Positions 9,156-18,493 of a DNA stretch of 41,775 nucleotides are shown in pieces. A program made the translations under genes and the position numbers. The notes beneath the pieces are model-generated. The model saw only the letters and a list, made by a program, of their open reading frames with translations. It had not been told where the DNA came from and ran no database searches. The stretch lies in assembly GCA_040222015.1 (NCBI GenBank), contig JAVJWO010000002.1, positions 1 through 41,775 of the forward strand. The letters run 5' to 3'. The stretch is from Coleofasciculus chthonoplastes F2-STO-03. GTDB taxonomy: Bacteria; Cyanobacteriota; Cyanobacteriia; Cyanobacteriales; Coleofasciculaceae. Every line of letters starts with the position of its first letter. The stretch's first letter is position 1.

Positions 9156-9684
9156 GCGCAATCAAGAGATAGCTTGCCACTCTCGATTTTTGTTGCTTCA
9201 TTGAGTGGTGAATCCCTCTAGGAAAACTCCAAAATATTTGACTTTTTTGTTATTTAATGCTGATGTTAGCATTTATTCATTTCCTAATCAATACGTAAAT
9301 TTTTTTTGCAGTTTAGCCCGACAAATCAGGAAAAGCTACGCAGAGCTTTGCAGTCTACTTGTGGGTAGATAAACTAGTTAAGTGTTCAACTCTATGCATG
9401 GCAGAGATAACCGACCCGCTTTGGCAACAGGGATGTTTCTAAAGTCAGAAAAAATTGTAACTTTGACTCTGGGATATGGGAAGGAAAACTGTCACTGCAT
9501 TACCCTAGTACCGCACGATCTTGGACGTCAAAGGTCAAAAGCATTTTGTCATGACTCGGTTCACTGATTTGAATAGTCGGTTTTCCTGGCGTCCGCTTGT
9601 ACTACCCTGAATCCTTCTGTTCAGTCTCTTTATCGTTATCGCTGACTGAAATAAGCCCAAGTTTCTCCGCTCGGTAGAGTTTGT

Positions 9685-12600
9685 ATGTTTCCCTTTTTCA
9701 ATCGACTGTTAATCGATGGGTTGATTTATTGGTGTAATTTAGCTGGCTGGCTTTTGGATTCCAGCCCAATTCGCCCAGTGCTAATGTATGGCGGTGTCTT
9801 CGCTGTCATGGGTTTACTGGCTATAGGTTTAGTCGGCTTAAGACAAACTCAACGAAAAAGAAATGCTACCACTTTTGCCAATGCCCCAGAACACTTGAGT
9901 AAAACAATACCAACCGACTTCGCCACATTGTTTCACGCAATTTCTCAGGCGGCAATTGTTACGGATACAGACGGTTTTATTGTTAAGGTCAACTCAGCTT
10001 TTAATCAGCTTTTTGGGTATCAAGCAGAAGCCTTAGTCGGACAACCCTTATCGCAGTTGTATGCGAATCCTCAGGAGTTTGATCCACAGACGCTGAATCC
10101 GGATTCGGCGGATTTCAATCAGTCCAAACTGATAAATTATCAACGCCAAACGGGGGATAGTTTTATCAGCGAAACCCTCAATAGTATCGTTAACGATAGG
10201 GAAGGAAACGTTGTTGGAATTCTCTGGCTGATTCGGGATAGTAGCGATCGCCAGCAAACCAAACTCGCCCTGCAAGCCAGTGATGAACGCTTAAACCTGC
10301 TGATTGACGGGATCAAAGACTATGCGATTTACTTGCTGGATGTCGAGGGTAAAATTGTTAGCTGGAATGCAGGCGCTCGACGGTTGAAAGGGTATACCGC
10401 TTCAGAGATTATTGGTCAATCCTATCAGTGTTTTTTCCCAAAAGCAGATCAAGACCAGGGTAAACCCGAACAATCTTTACAAATTGCCGCCGAAATGGGT
10501 CGATTTGAGGATGAAGGATGGCGTGTGCGGCGGGATGGTTCCCGGTTTTGGTGTACCACCATTATTACCGCGCTGCGGGATGAAATGGGACAGTTACGGG
10601 GGTTTGCTAAAGTCACCCGCGACATTACTGAATCCAAGCAGACTGAGGTACGCTTACAACTGTTGGAACGGGCGATCGCAGCCAGTAGTAATGGTATCCT
10701 GATTACTGATCCAAATGTACCTGATCACCCGATTATTTTCGTCAATCCCGGCTTTGAGCGCATTACGGGTTATTCCGCGTCAGAGGTATTAGGCAAAAAC
10801 TGTCGCTTCTTGCAAGGGGATAATCATCAGCAACCGGGTTTAGACAAACTGAAAGCGGCACTGCAAAACGAACAAGACTGTCACGTTATCCTGCAAAACA
10901 CTCGCAAAGACGGGACACGCTTTTGGAATGAAGTATCGGTTTCCCCTATCCGCGATCGCAATGGCAAACTCACCCACTATATTGGCATTCAAACTGATAT
11001 TAGTGAACGTCGCCAAGCCGAACAAGAGCGCGATCGCATCTTTGACCTGTCCGTTGATATGCTCTGTATTGCGGGGTTTGATCGCTATTTTAGACGCCTG
11101 AATCCTGCTTGGGAAAAAACCTTGGGGTGGAGTGAAGCTGAACTCTTAGCCCAACCTTATCTAGAATTGGTTCATCCCGATTTGTATTTTCGCTTGAGTC
11201 AAGATGGCACGATTCTCGACTATAAAGCCAGCAATTGGGGTGAGTTATACGTCGAGCCAGAACAGTTTCTGGGAGAACCTGTACACAATGTTTTCCCTGC
11301 TGATGTGAGTGATAAGATTCATCACGCGATCGCGCAGGTGATTCAGAGCCAGTCCCCAGTTAGTCTGGACTATTCCTTATCCTTAGAGACAGGGGAGCAA
11401 AACTATGAAGCCCGACTCGTGCCATTTTTAGACAATCAGATTATTGGGATTATCCGGAATATTACTGATCGCAAACGGATTGAGCAACAACAGCGCCAAG
11501 ACGAAGCCGCGATTCGGGCTTTATATCGAGTGGCTGCTGCACCCAAACTCACGTTTGAGCAACGCCTGCAAGGACTCTTAGCCTTGGGGCGGCGTCATTT
11601 TGGTCACGATGTCGGTATTGTGTCTCGGATTGAACAAGGGCGCTGTCTGGTGATTGCGGCTCAAGTTCCGCCTAAATCGCCTCGACAGGTGCAGGCGGGA
11701 GATACGTTTGAATTAGGACAAACAATTTGCAGCGAAACCATTCATGCCAAGGAACCGATCGCGTTCGAGTCGGCTGAAGATACAGAATGGGCAAATCATC
11801 AAGCCTGTCTTACGTTTGGGATTAAATCCTATCTGGGTACGAGTGTCAAGGTAGCGGGAAACGTGTATGGGGCGCTGTGCTTTTTAAGTCTCCATCAACC
11901 TCCCACCACCCTCACCGCCAAAAATCGCTCGGCGTCCCCTCAACTGCTCAAACTGATTCATACCTATTATACGATTAGTAGTAGTGGGGATGCGTTGCTG
12001 ACTATTATTAATGATATTCTGGATTTCTCGAAAATCGAATCCGGTAAATTAGAATTAGAGGAACATGCCTTTGATGTGCATGTTTGTGTGGAGGAAGCCT
12101 TAGATTTAGTCGCCTCTCAAGCGGCGGCAAAGGGATTGGAACTTGCCTATTTAATTGAACCCCAAACCCCAACCACAGTTGTGGGTGATATTACCCGTCT
12201 GCGACAGATTTTGGTCAATTTGCTCAGTAATGCGGTGAAGTTTACGGAAGCAGGGGAAGTGGTGGTATCGGTGATGAGTCGGTTATTGTCTGGGGAAGCC
12301 CGTAGAGGCGTTCCGGTGGAACGTCTGACCGTGGAACGTCTGGAAGCCGAACAAACCTACGAACTACAATTTACGGTCAGAGATACGGGAATTGGGATTC
12401 CCCGCGATCGCATGAATCGGTTGTTTAAACCCTTCTCTCAGGTGGATGCGTCGATGACGCGCAATTATGGTGGCACAGGTTTGGGGTTAGCGATTAGTAC
12501 GCGCTTAAGTGAACGGATGGGGGGGCGCTTATGGGCAGAAAGTGAGGTGGGTAAAGGTTCGACATTTTCGTTCACGATTGTGGTGCAATCCGATCCCAAT

Positions 12601-13530
12601 TCGGTGACAACGGAGTTGGATTCCTCTCCACCAGAGTTACGGGGGAAACGGGTATTGGTGGTGGATGATAATGCGACCAATCGGCAAATTATCAGGCTAC
12701 AGGCACAGTCGTGGGGGATGGAGGTGCTCACCGCAGAATCGGGAGAACAGGCGCTGAAGTGGTTAGCTGACGCCGAACCTTTTGATTTGGCGGTTTTGGA
12801 TTGGCAAATGCCAGAGATGGATGGGTTGACGTTAGCCTTAACCATTGAGGCATTACCGCATCGGCAACAGCTTCCCCTAGTCATGCTCAGTTCCGTGGGG
12901 CGACAAACCCCCAAAACTGCCGAGGAAACTGCCAACTTTGCCGCGTTTCTGACTAAGCCGATTAAACAGTCCCAGCTTTATAATGTGTTTATCGCCATTT
13001 TAGGACGGAGACGGATTTCGGTGCGTCCGGGCGATCGCTCATCAGGACGGCTTGAGGCTGAGTTTGCCCAGAGGCTACCTTATGCTCAAGTGCTGGATCA
13101 AGAAGGCAGAGATAGCATAACGGATTATTCAGAGGACGTATCTGTGCCAGAAATAACCTCAGACTCCAGTGCTACCCCCGCTTTGGATCGGCAAGTGCTG
13201 CAAGATTTAAGAGAAATTGCCGGAGACGATTATGAGGGGTTAATCGCGGAAGTGATTGACAGTTATCTGGAAGACTCCCCACCTAGGGTACAAGCGATTC
13301 GGAGTGCGATCGCTCATGATGATGCTAATGCTTTGCACCAATCTGCCCATGCATTGAAATCATCGAGTCTAACGATTGGAGCAACGGGTTTGGCGAAACT
13401 GTGTGCTGAGTTAGAAGCGTTGGGTTGCACGGGAAACCTAGAGCCTGCTTCCATCCTGATTTCCCGGTTTGATGCGGAGTATGAGCGAGTGATCGCCGCG
13501 TTACAACAAGAGCATCCGAGGAAACTATGA
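9685..13530 (+). CDS. Multi-PAS/LOV-GAF hybrid histidine kinase-like protein (HATPase-REC-Hpt) lacking the HisKA H-box
   Basis: PAS domains, LOV GKNCRFLQG, GAF, N/G boxes (NLLSNAVKFT, DTGIGI, GGTGLGL), REC (VDDN, LDWQMPEMDG), Hpt (AHALKSSS); no SHE.RTP motif anywhere. Confidence 0.85.
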   Translation: MFPFFNRLLIDGLIYWCNLAGWLLDSSPIRPVLMYGGVFAVMGLLAIGLVGLRQTQRKRNATTFANAPEHLSKTIPTDFATLFHAISQAAIVTDTDGFIVKVNSAFNQLFGYQAEALVGQPLSQLYANPQEFDPQTLNPDSADFNQSKLINYQRQTGDSFISETLNSIVNDREGNVVGILWLIRDSSDRQQTKLALQASDERLNLLIDGIKDYAIYLLDVEGKIVSWNAGARRLKGYTASEIIGQSYQCFFPKADQDQGKPEQSLQIAAEMGRFEDEGWRVRRDGSRFWCTTIITALRDEMGQLRGFAKVTRDITESKQTEVRLQLLERAIAASSNGILITDPNVPDHPIIFVNPGFERITGYSASEVLGKNCRFLQGDNHQQPGLDKLKAALQNEQDCHVILQNTRKDGTRFWNEVSVSPIRDRNGKLTHYIGIQTDISERRQAEQERDRIFDLSVDMLCIAGFDRYFRRLNPAWEKTLGWSEAELLAQPYLELVHPDLYFRLSQDGTILDYKASNWGELYVEPEQFLGEPVHNVFPADVSDKIHHAIAQVIQSQSPVSLDYSLSLETGEQNYEARLVPFLDNQIIGIIRNITDRKRIEQQQRQDEAAIRALYRVAAAPKLTFEQRLQGLLALGRRHFGHDVGIVSRIEQGRCLVIAAQVPPKSPRQVQAGDTFELGQTICSETIHAKEPIAFESAEDTEWANHQACLTFGIKSYLGTSVKVAGNVYGALCFLSLHQPPTTLTAKNRSASPQLLKLIHTYYTISSSGDALLTIINDILDFSKIESGKLELEEHAFDVHVCVEEALDLVASQAAAKGLELAYLIEPQTPTTVVGDITRLRQILVNLLSNAVKFTEAGEVVVSVMSRLLSGEARRGVPVERLTVERLEAEQTYELQFTVRDTGIGIPRDRMNRLFKPFSQVDASMTRNYGGTGLGLAISTRLSERMGGRLWAESEVGKGSTFSFTIVVQSDPNSVTTELDSSPPELRGKRVLVVDDNATNRQIIRLQAQSWGMEVLTAESGEQALKWLADAEPFDLAVLDWQMPEMDGLTLALTIEALPHRQQLPLVMLSSVGRQTPKTAEETANFAAFLTKPIKQSQLYNVFIAILGRRRISVRPGDRSSGRLEAEFAQRLPYAQVLDQEGRDSITDYSEDVSVPEITSDSSATPALDRQVLQDLREIAGDDYEGLIAEVIDSYLEDSPPRVQAIRSAIAHDDANALHQSAHALKSSSLTIGATGLAKLCAELEALGCTGNLEPASILISRFDAEYERVIAALQQEHPRKL
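12302..12345. repeat. REP-like palindrome inserted in frame in the kinase HATPase domain
   Basis: GTAGAGGCGTTCCGGTGGAACGTCTG followed by a duplicated GTGGAACGTCTG; encodes RRGVPVERLTVERLE. Confidence 0.75.
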
Positions 13531-14525
13531 TGAATCAGCCTGACTTTCACCGTGACCCGCCCCTAATTTTGATTGTGGATGATGAAAAAACCCTACGCCT
13601 AGTGTTGCGTCGGGCGATGGAACAGGAGGGGTATCGGGTGTCAGAAGTGGGGGATGGGCATCAATGTCTGGCATTTTGCACCGAACAGTTACCCGATATT
13701 ATTTTGTTGGATGCGATGATGCCCGTGATGGATGGGTTTACCTGTTGCGCTCAGTTACAAGAACTATTTGGTCAGAAATGCCCACCGATCTTGATGATTA
13801 CGGGACTTAATAATCAGGAATCCGTAGACCGAGCGTTTGAGGCTGGCGCTACGGATTATATCACGAAACCGATTCATTGGGCGGTGCTGCGGCAACGGGT
13901 GCGGCGGTTACTGCATACCCATTGGGTGATGGCAGAGTTACATCGCAAAATTGAGCAAGAACGGGTGCTGAAGGCGAAGTTAGAGGAAATGAATCAGGAG
14001 TTGCAACGGTTGGTTGATTTGGATGGGTTGACTCAGATTGCCAATCGTCGGGCTTTTGATGAGGCGTTGCAGCAGGAGTGGAAACGATTGGCGCGGGAGC
14101 AAGCACCCCTGTCGTTAATTTTGTGTGATATTGATTTTTTTAAGGCATATAACGATACTTATGGGCATCAAGCTGGAGATGAGTGTCTTAAACAAGTGGC
14201 GGATATTTTGCGTAAAGCGGCAAAGCGTCCAGCGGATGTGGTAGCTCGGTATGGGGGTGAGGAATTTGTGATTATTTTACCGAATACATCCCTCAGAGGT
14301 GCCATGCAGGTAGCCGAATCGATTCGGTTGAAAGTCAAGTCTCGGGCGATTGTGCATGAGGGATCTTTGGTGAGTAAGTTTGTCACCTTGAGTTTTGGGG
14401 TAGCTGGCGTGGTTCCGCCGCCAAAAACGACTCCGGATCGGCTAATTGCTGAGGCAGATCAAGCAATGTATAAGGCAAAGGTAGAAGGGCGCGATCGCGT
14501 GGTGGGGAATTTGGTTGAAGTTTGA
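13527..14525 (+). CDS. REC-GGDEF diguanylate cyclase response regulator (PleD/WspR-like)
   Basis: REC (VDDE, LLDAMMPVMDG, KP), DGLT, RPAD I-site, RYGGEEF; ATGA overlap with the kinase stop. Confidence 0.93.
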   Translation: MMNQPDFHRDPPLILIVDDEKTLRLVLRRAMEQEGYRVSEVGDGHQCLAFCTEQLPDIILLDAMMPVMDGFTCCAQLQELFGQKCPPILMITGLNNQESVDRAFEAGATDYITKPIHWAVLRQRVRRLLHTHWVMAELHRKIEQERVLKAKLEEMNQELQRLVDLDGLTQIANRRAFDEALQQEWKRLAREQAPLSLILCDIDFFKAYNDTYGHQAGDECLKQVADILRKAAKRPADVVARYGGEEFVIILPNTSLRGAMQVAESIRLKVKSRAIVHEGSLVSKFVTLSFGVAGVVPPPKTTPDRLIAEADQAMYKAKVEGRDRVVGNLVEV

Positions 14526-14534
14526 TTGTTATTG

Positions 14535-14565
14535 GTCTTATGTCTTATGTCTTATGTCTTATGTC
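14535..14565. repeat. Heptamer STRR (GTCTTAT)n
   Basis: Four full tandem copies plus a partial one. Confidence 0.9.
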
Positions 14566-14606
14566 ATAGTTTAGATCCCCCTCGCATCCCCCTGCTACAA
14601 GAGGGG

Positions 14607-14711
14607 GGAGGAGAGAGGATGCTTCGCTTTTGTTGCACGGGGGAGGACAGAGGATGTTTCACTTTTGTTGCAGGGGGGAGGACAGAAGATGTTTCACTTT
14701 TCTGGCACGGG
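14607..14711 (+). repeat. Three tandem 35-bp repeats
   Basis: GGAGGA[G/C]AGA[G/A]GATG.TTC.CTTTT.T.GCA.GGG units start at 14607, 14642 and 14677. Confidence 0.85.
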
Positions 14712-14756
14712 AGAGGGGAGCAAGAAAGGTGTTATGTTGCAGGCGTAGCCACCTGA

Positions 14757-14853
14757 TTACAGCGCTTTTCACGTTTATGGAATACAAAATTGTATCGGCT
14801 TGCTTTTCAGCGCAATCATCCTCTGTAGTTTACTAACTTAAAAACTGCTGTAA
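14757..14853. mobile_element. Putative MITE with TA-flanked terminal inverted repeats
   Basis: TTACAGCGCTTTTCA... / ...AAAAACTGCTGTAA; 97 bp, non-coding. Confidence 0.5.
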
Positions 14854-14864
14854 TTGTTCTAATT

Positions 14865-14968
14865 CCCCTTCTCCCTTGATGGGAGAAGGGGTTAGGGGAT
14901 GAGGGTGAAACGCTCCCCCTATTGTTTGTTCCGAGGGTGTTGGGTTTCTGTTCGTCAACCCAACCTAC
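14865..14968. repeat. Two palindromic dispersed repeats
   Basis: CCCCTTCTCCC-TTGAT-GGGAGAAGGGG (14865-14891) and GTTGGGTT...AACCCAACCTAC (14939-14968). Confidence 0.7.
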
Positions 14969-14984
14969 AAGATCCTATAGTACA

Positions 14985-15163
14985 TTAGCAACGGGGAAAT
15001 TTTTGGTTAGACCAGCGCTGGATTGGCAGTTTGACCAGTCTGTCTTTGTGAGCGGCTTGTTTCTTTTGCAAATCATTAAAAATAGCTCTCAAATCATAGT
15101 GAAATGAGCGAGCATATTCCTCTCGATAGTGGTGAATTCTTCCAGAATTTCATTTTTATACAT
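14985..15163 (-). pseudogene. Small hypothetical protein gene with a 1-nt frameshift
   Basis: MYKNEILEE then, after adding one base, IHHYREEYARSFHYDLRAIFNDLQKKQAAHKDRLVKLP...; 179 nt, one short of 60 codons. Confidence 0.6.
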
Positions 15164-15175
15164 ACCTAAATCTCC

Positions 15176-15203
15176 GTAGGGGCACGGCACTGCCGTGCCC
15201 TTA
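15176..15203. repeat. GTAG-type REP-like palindrome
   Basis: GTAGGGGCACGGCACTGCCGTGCCCTTA. Confidence 0.85.
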
Positions 15204-15371
15204 TTACATGTGGCGTGTGTGCGTAAGCCCTGTGTTTGTTTCGAGGGAGTTGGGTAACATGCGTCAAGCCAACCGACAAAATCGACGGGAAACCCGCGCA
15301 GGCGGGTTTTGTTTGTATAGCTGCGGTTACCCTACGGGAAGCTGCTCCGCGTCTACAACCGCCCTCTTTTA

Positions 15372-16490
15372 TTAAATCGATGAATAAACCTGCTGTGCCA
15401 TTTCCCTCAATAATCGGCGGTTGTTTTGATAGACTTCCAGATACAAATTCGCCGAGTCACTGTCACCCATTTGTAGGCGATAAACCGTATCTCCACGACG
15501 GAACGAATTCTCTGGATCATCCTGCTTATACTTCACTGTAATCGAATCTCCTGTCCGCTTCGATTGTCCCAGATAATATTGACCCGACTCACCCGCACAG
15601 ATAGCAAAACGATAGTTGTTCGTTTCCCCAGCCGTCCTTAAGCTAGTTTCTTGGGGACATTGGTTATACAGTCCCGTCTTCTCTAAATCAGCTAGCCGAT
15701 AATAGGCGGTTTCTCCAGAGTTTCTAATATAACCCGTTTGTTGGAGGAATTTGCGTAAATCCTTAAAGAATGACTCTCTATCATTTACTTGATAAGCTTG
15801 ACGAACACGTTGCCATCCATCTTCACTTTGACCAAGCATATATTTATCCGCTAAATAAGCGGCTAATGCTCCTCTAGCCACACCGGGATAATCAGTTTCT
15901 TTATAACGCTGCCAGAGTTGATAGGCATCATTGTAGATTAGTTGGGGATAGCTGCGCGTTACATCGAACATCTTGCCGTTACGATATTGCCAAATCTTCA
16001 AGGGATAGGACGAACCAGCATAAGACGTAAAGGCGTAGGCAAAACTATCGTCCCGCGTCCAAAATTCGGGAATGTTATCTTGATTTAAGTCTTTAAATTC
16101 GTAACCCACATTCCCCCAAAACTGTTCCGTTGCCGTATAGGTATCTTGAGCCGCATCGTAGCGATAAATCATAGAAACCCAACAGCAATGCGCTCCACCA
16201 GTATAGATATCTAAAATAACTTCGGGTTCGGGGTTAACGTCTAAGTTGCGGACTTGCAAATCACTCAATCGACAAATCAAAAAATCGTCTGTTGATAGCG
16301 ATTGATTTAGGACGTTTTCTCCATCCCGACTGATTTGCAATTGGGGATTTTCTAAACAAAACTCTTGGCTTTGATAGGAAAATTCAGCTCGAACGTTTCC
16401 CGATTCTGCGGTTTTGGTTTCGGCTACAACTGGAGTTGCGAATCCCATAGAGCCGATAGCGATAATAGCTAATAAAAATAGTTTGTTCAT
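15372..16490 (-). CDS. Secreted hypothetical protein
   Basis: Signal peptide MNKLFLLAIIAIGSMGFATPVVA; DIYTGGAHCC motif and DLNQDNIPE Ca-binding-like loop. Confidence 0.8.
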   Translation of the reverse strand: MNKLFLLAIIAIGSMGFATPVVAETKTAESGNVRAEFSYQSQEFCLENPQLQISRDGENVLNQSLSTDDFLICRLSDLQVRNLDVNPEPEVILDIYTGGAHCCWVSMIYRYDAAQDTYTATEQFWGNVGYEFKDLNQDNIPEFWTRDDSFAYAFTSYAGSSYPLKIWQYRNGKMFDVTRSYPQLIYNDAYQLWQRYKETDYPGVARGALAAYLADKYMLGQSEDGWQRVRQAYQVNDRESFFKDLRKFLQQTGYIRNSGETAYYRLADLEKTGLYNQCPQETSLRTAGETNNYRFAICAGESGQYYLGQSKRTGDSITVKYKQDDPENSFRRGDTVYRLQMGDSDSANLYLEVYQNNRRLLREMAQQVYSSI

Positions 16491-16545
16491 TTTTCAGATT
16501 TAAAACAAGGGAACAGCGAACAGAAGGAATTGAGGGTTCAACTTT

Positions 16546-16686
16546 AGAGTTTGTAGTCAGCGCTTTAGCGCTGCTGGCACGCTTCGTGCCTACTACGAAC
16601 CCCGTTTAAATCGAATATCAACTGACTTGAGAGTTTGTAGTCAGCGCTTCAGCGCTGCTGGCACGCTTCGTGCCTACTACGAACCC
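16546..16686. repeat. Two 57-bp direct repeats, each a REP-doublet-like hairpin
   Basis: AGAGTTTGTAGTCAGCGCTT[T/C]AGCGCTGCTGGCACGCTTCGTGCCTACTACGAACCC at 16546 and 16630, 27 nt apart. Confidence 0.9.
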
Positions 16687-16835
16687 AGCTTAAGTCGGTG
16701 TCATTCTGCCTAGGTCATGTTTTACTGAACCGTTATATCATTGCCTTGTTCCTTACCCTCTGCCCCTCTGCCTTCTATCTTTAACGCCTCGCAGATTAGG
16801 ATGTAGAGGGAGCATCTGTGCCAAACGAGAGAGTC

Positions 16836-18377
16836 ATGAGTCAAACTGAACACATTCTTTCCCAACTACCGGGAGACGTCTTGGCAGGCTTGCGGAAGGC
16901 TGACCAATTCTGGCAAGCGTTGCGAGACGGTACCACACCGATTCCTCAGGTGGTTAAGGAATCAACAGAACCCTTGGGAACCGTCGATTGGGATATCGTT
17001 ATCTGTGGCGGTACCTTAGGCATTCTCCTGGGTGCTGCTTTGCAAAGGCGAGGCTGGCGTGTCGCCGTATTAGAACGGGGGATTTTGCGGGGGAGGGATC
17101 AAGAGTGGAATATTTCCCGCCCAGAACTTGATGTATTCCTGGAACTTGACCTGTTATCGCCTGAAGAATTAGAGGACGCGATCGCATCTGAGTATAACCC
17201 AGGTCGGGTTAGTTTTTTGGGGGGAGAGGATGTCTGGGTGCGGGATGTCTTGAATATTGGCGTTGACCCAGTTTTCCTCCTGGATACGCTCAAGTCCAAG
17301 TTTATCGAGGCTGGGGGTCAGCTTTTGGAGGGAACGGCATTTGAGGGGGCGGTGATTCATCCTGATGGGGTGCGCGTCGAGGCAGGGGGTGGGTTAAACA
17401 CTCGGTTACTGATTGATGCGATGGGTAACTTCTCCCCCATTGTTAAACAAGTGCGACAGGGGGAAAAACCGGAAGGCGTTTGTCTCGTCGTGGGGAGTTG
17501 CGCTCAAGGGTTTACCCAGAATGATACGGGGGATTTAATTGTCTCTTTTACACCCATTCAGAATCATTGTCAATACTTTTGGGAAGCATTTCCCGCCAGA
17601 GATGGTAGAACCACCTACTTATTTAGCTATCTCGATGCCCATCCCCAACGCCCTAGTTTGGGGTTTTTTATGGAGGAATACTTCCGGCTATTGCCCGACT
17701 ATCAGGGGGTGGAACTGTCGCAACTTGATTTTAAACGAGTGTTATTTGGCTTTTTCCCATCCTACAAAGAAAGCCCCATCAGAATGCCCTGGAATCGAAT
17801 TTTGCCCGTGGGTGATAGCAGTGGCGCTCAATCCCCCGTCAGTTTTGGCGGGTTTGGTTCGATGGTGCGTCACCTCAAACGTTTAACAGAAGGCATCCAG
17901 GAAGCCCTGAGCTGCGACGTTTTGACCCAAGATGCCTTGAGTCTACTGCAACCCTATCAGCCGAATATTGCCGTTACCTGGATGTTTCAACGGGCGATGA
18001 GTGTGGGCGTTGAGCAAAATATACCCCCCAATCAAATCAATGAGTTACTAACAGGCGTTTTTCAAACAATGGCACAGTTGGGGGATGACGTACTGCGTCC
18101 TTTCCTGCAAGATGTGGTGCAGTTTTCTGGATTATTCCAAACTCTAACACTCATTTCCCTAACTAAACCGGGACTGGTGACTCCCGTGATTCCCCAAGTT
18201 GGGTTAACCACGCTGTTAGATTGGATGGTGCATTACATAAATCTGGGTGTCTACAGTGGCTTATATCCATTAGGACAATTCATGAGTAAACCTGTACATC
18301 AATTACCCCCGACGACTCAATACTATTACCACCGTTGGCTGGATGCATGGCGCTATGGTTCTGGGGGGGATTATTGA
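16836..18377 (+). CDS. cruP: FAD-dependent oxidoreductase, CruP-type (CruA lycopene cyclase paralogue)
   Basis: DIVICGGTLG, GRDQEWNIS, YFWEAFP, GDSSGAQSPVSFGGFG, W.YGSG.DY C-terminus; ~513 aa fits CruP rather than the longer CruA. Confidence 0.8.
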   Translation: MSQTEHILSQLPGDVLAGLRKADQFWQALRDGTTPIPQVVKESTEPLGTVDWDIVICGGTLGILLGAALQRRGWRVAVLERGILRGRDQEWNISRPELDVFLELDLLSPEELEDAIASEYNPGRVSFLGGEDVWVRDVLNIGVDPVFLLDTLKSKFIEAGGQLLEGTAFEGAVIHPDGVRVEAGGGLNTRLLIDAMGNFSPIVKQVRQGEKPEGVCLVVGSCAQGFTQNDTGDLIVSFTPIQNHCQYFWEAFPARDGRTTYLFSYLDAHPQRPSLGFFMEEYFRLLPDYQGVELSQLDFKRVLFGFFPSYKESPIRMPWNRILPVGDSSGAQSPVSFGGFGSMVRHLKRLTEGIQEALSCDVLTQDALSLLQPYQPNIAVTWMFQRAMSVGVEQNIPPNQINELLTGVFQTMAQLGDDVLRPFLQDVVQFSGLFQTLTLISLTKPGLVTPVIPQVGLTTLLDWMVHYINLGVYSGLYPLGQFMSKPVHQLPPTTQYYYHRWLDAWRYGSGGDY

Positions 18378-18405
18378 GTAGAGACGTAGCAGGCTACGTC
18401 TCTAC
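18378..18405. repeat. GTAG-type REP-like palindrome abutting the cruP stop
   Basis: GTAGAGACGTAGCAGGCTACGTCTCTAC. Confidence 0.9.
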
Positions 18406-18493
18406 AAATTAATGGCTGGGTCATTGGTCATTGGTTATCGAAAGGCGCCTTAGGACTAAGGACAAATGACGAAGGACTAAATAAGAAGGGACT

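Noticed and set aside
14607..14711. 35-bp periodic repeats as a CRISPR array
   Set aside because: The units are contiguous and degenerate, with no unique spacers.
14526..14836. ORFs 14526-14756 and 14630-14836 (likewise 4411-4611)
   Set aside because: Their translations are just readings of STRR or tandem repeats.
16546..16686. Possible mini-CRISPR (repeat-spacer-repeat)
   Set aside because: Repeats are 57 bp with REP-like double hairpins, there are only two copies, and no cas genes are in the window.
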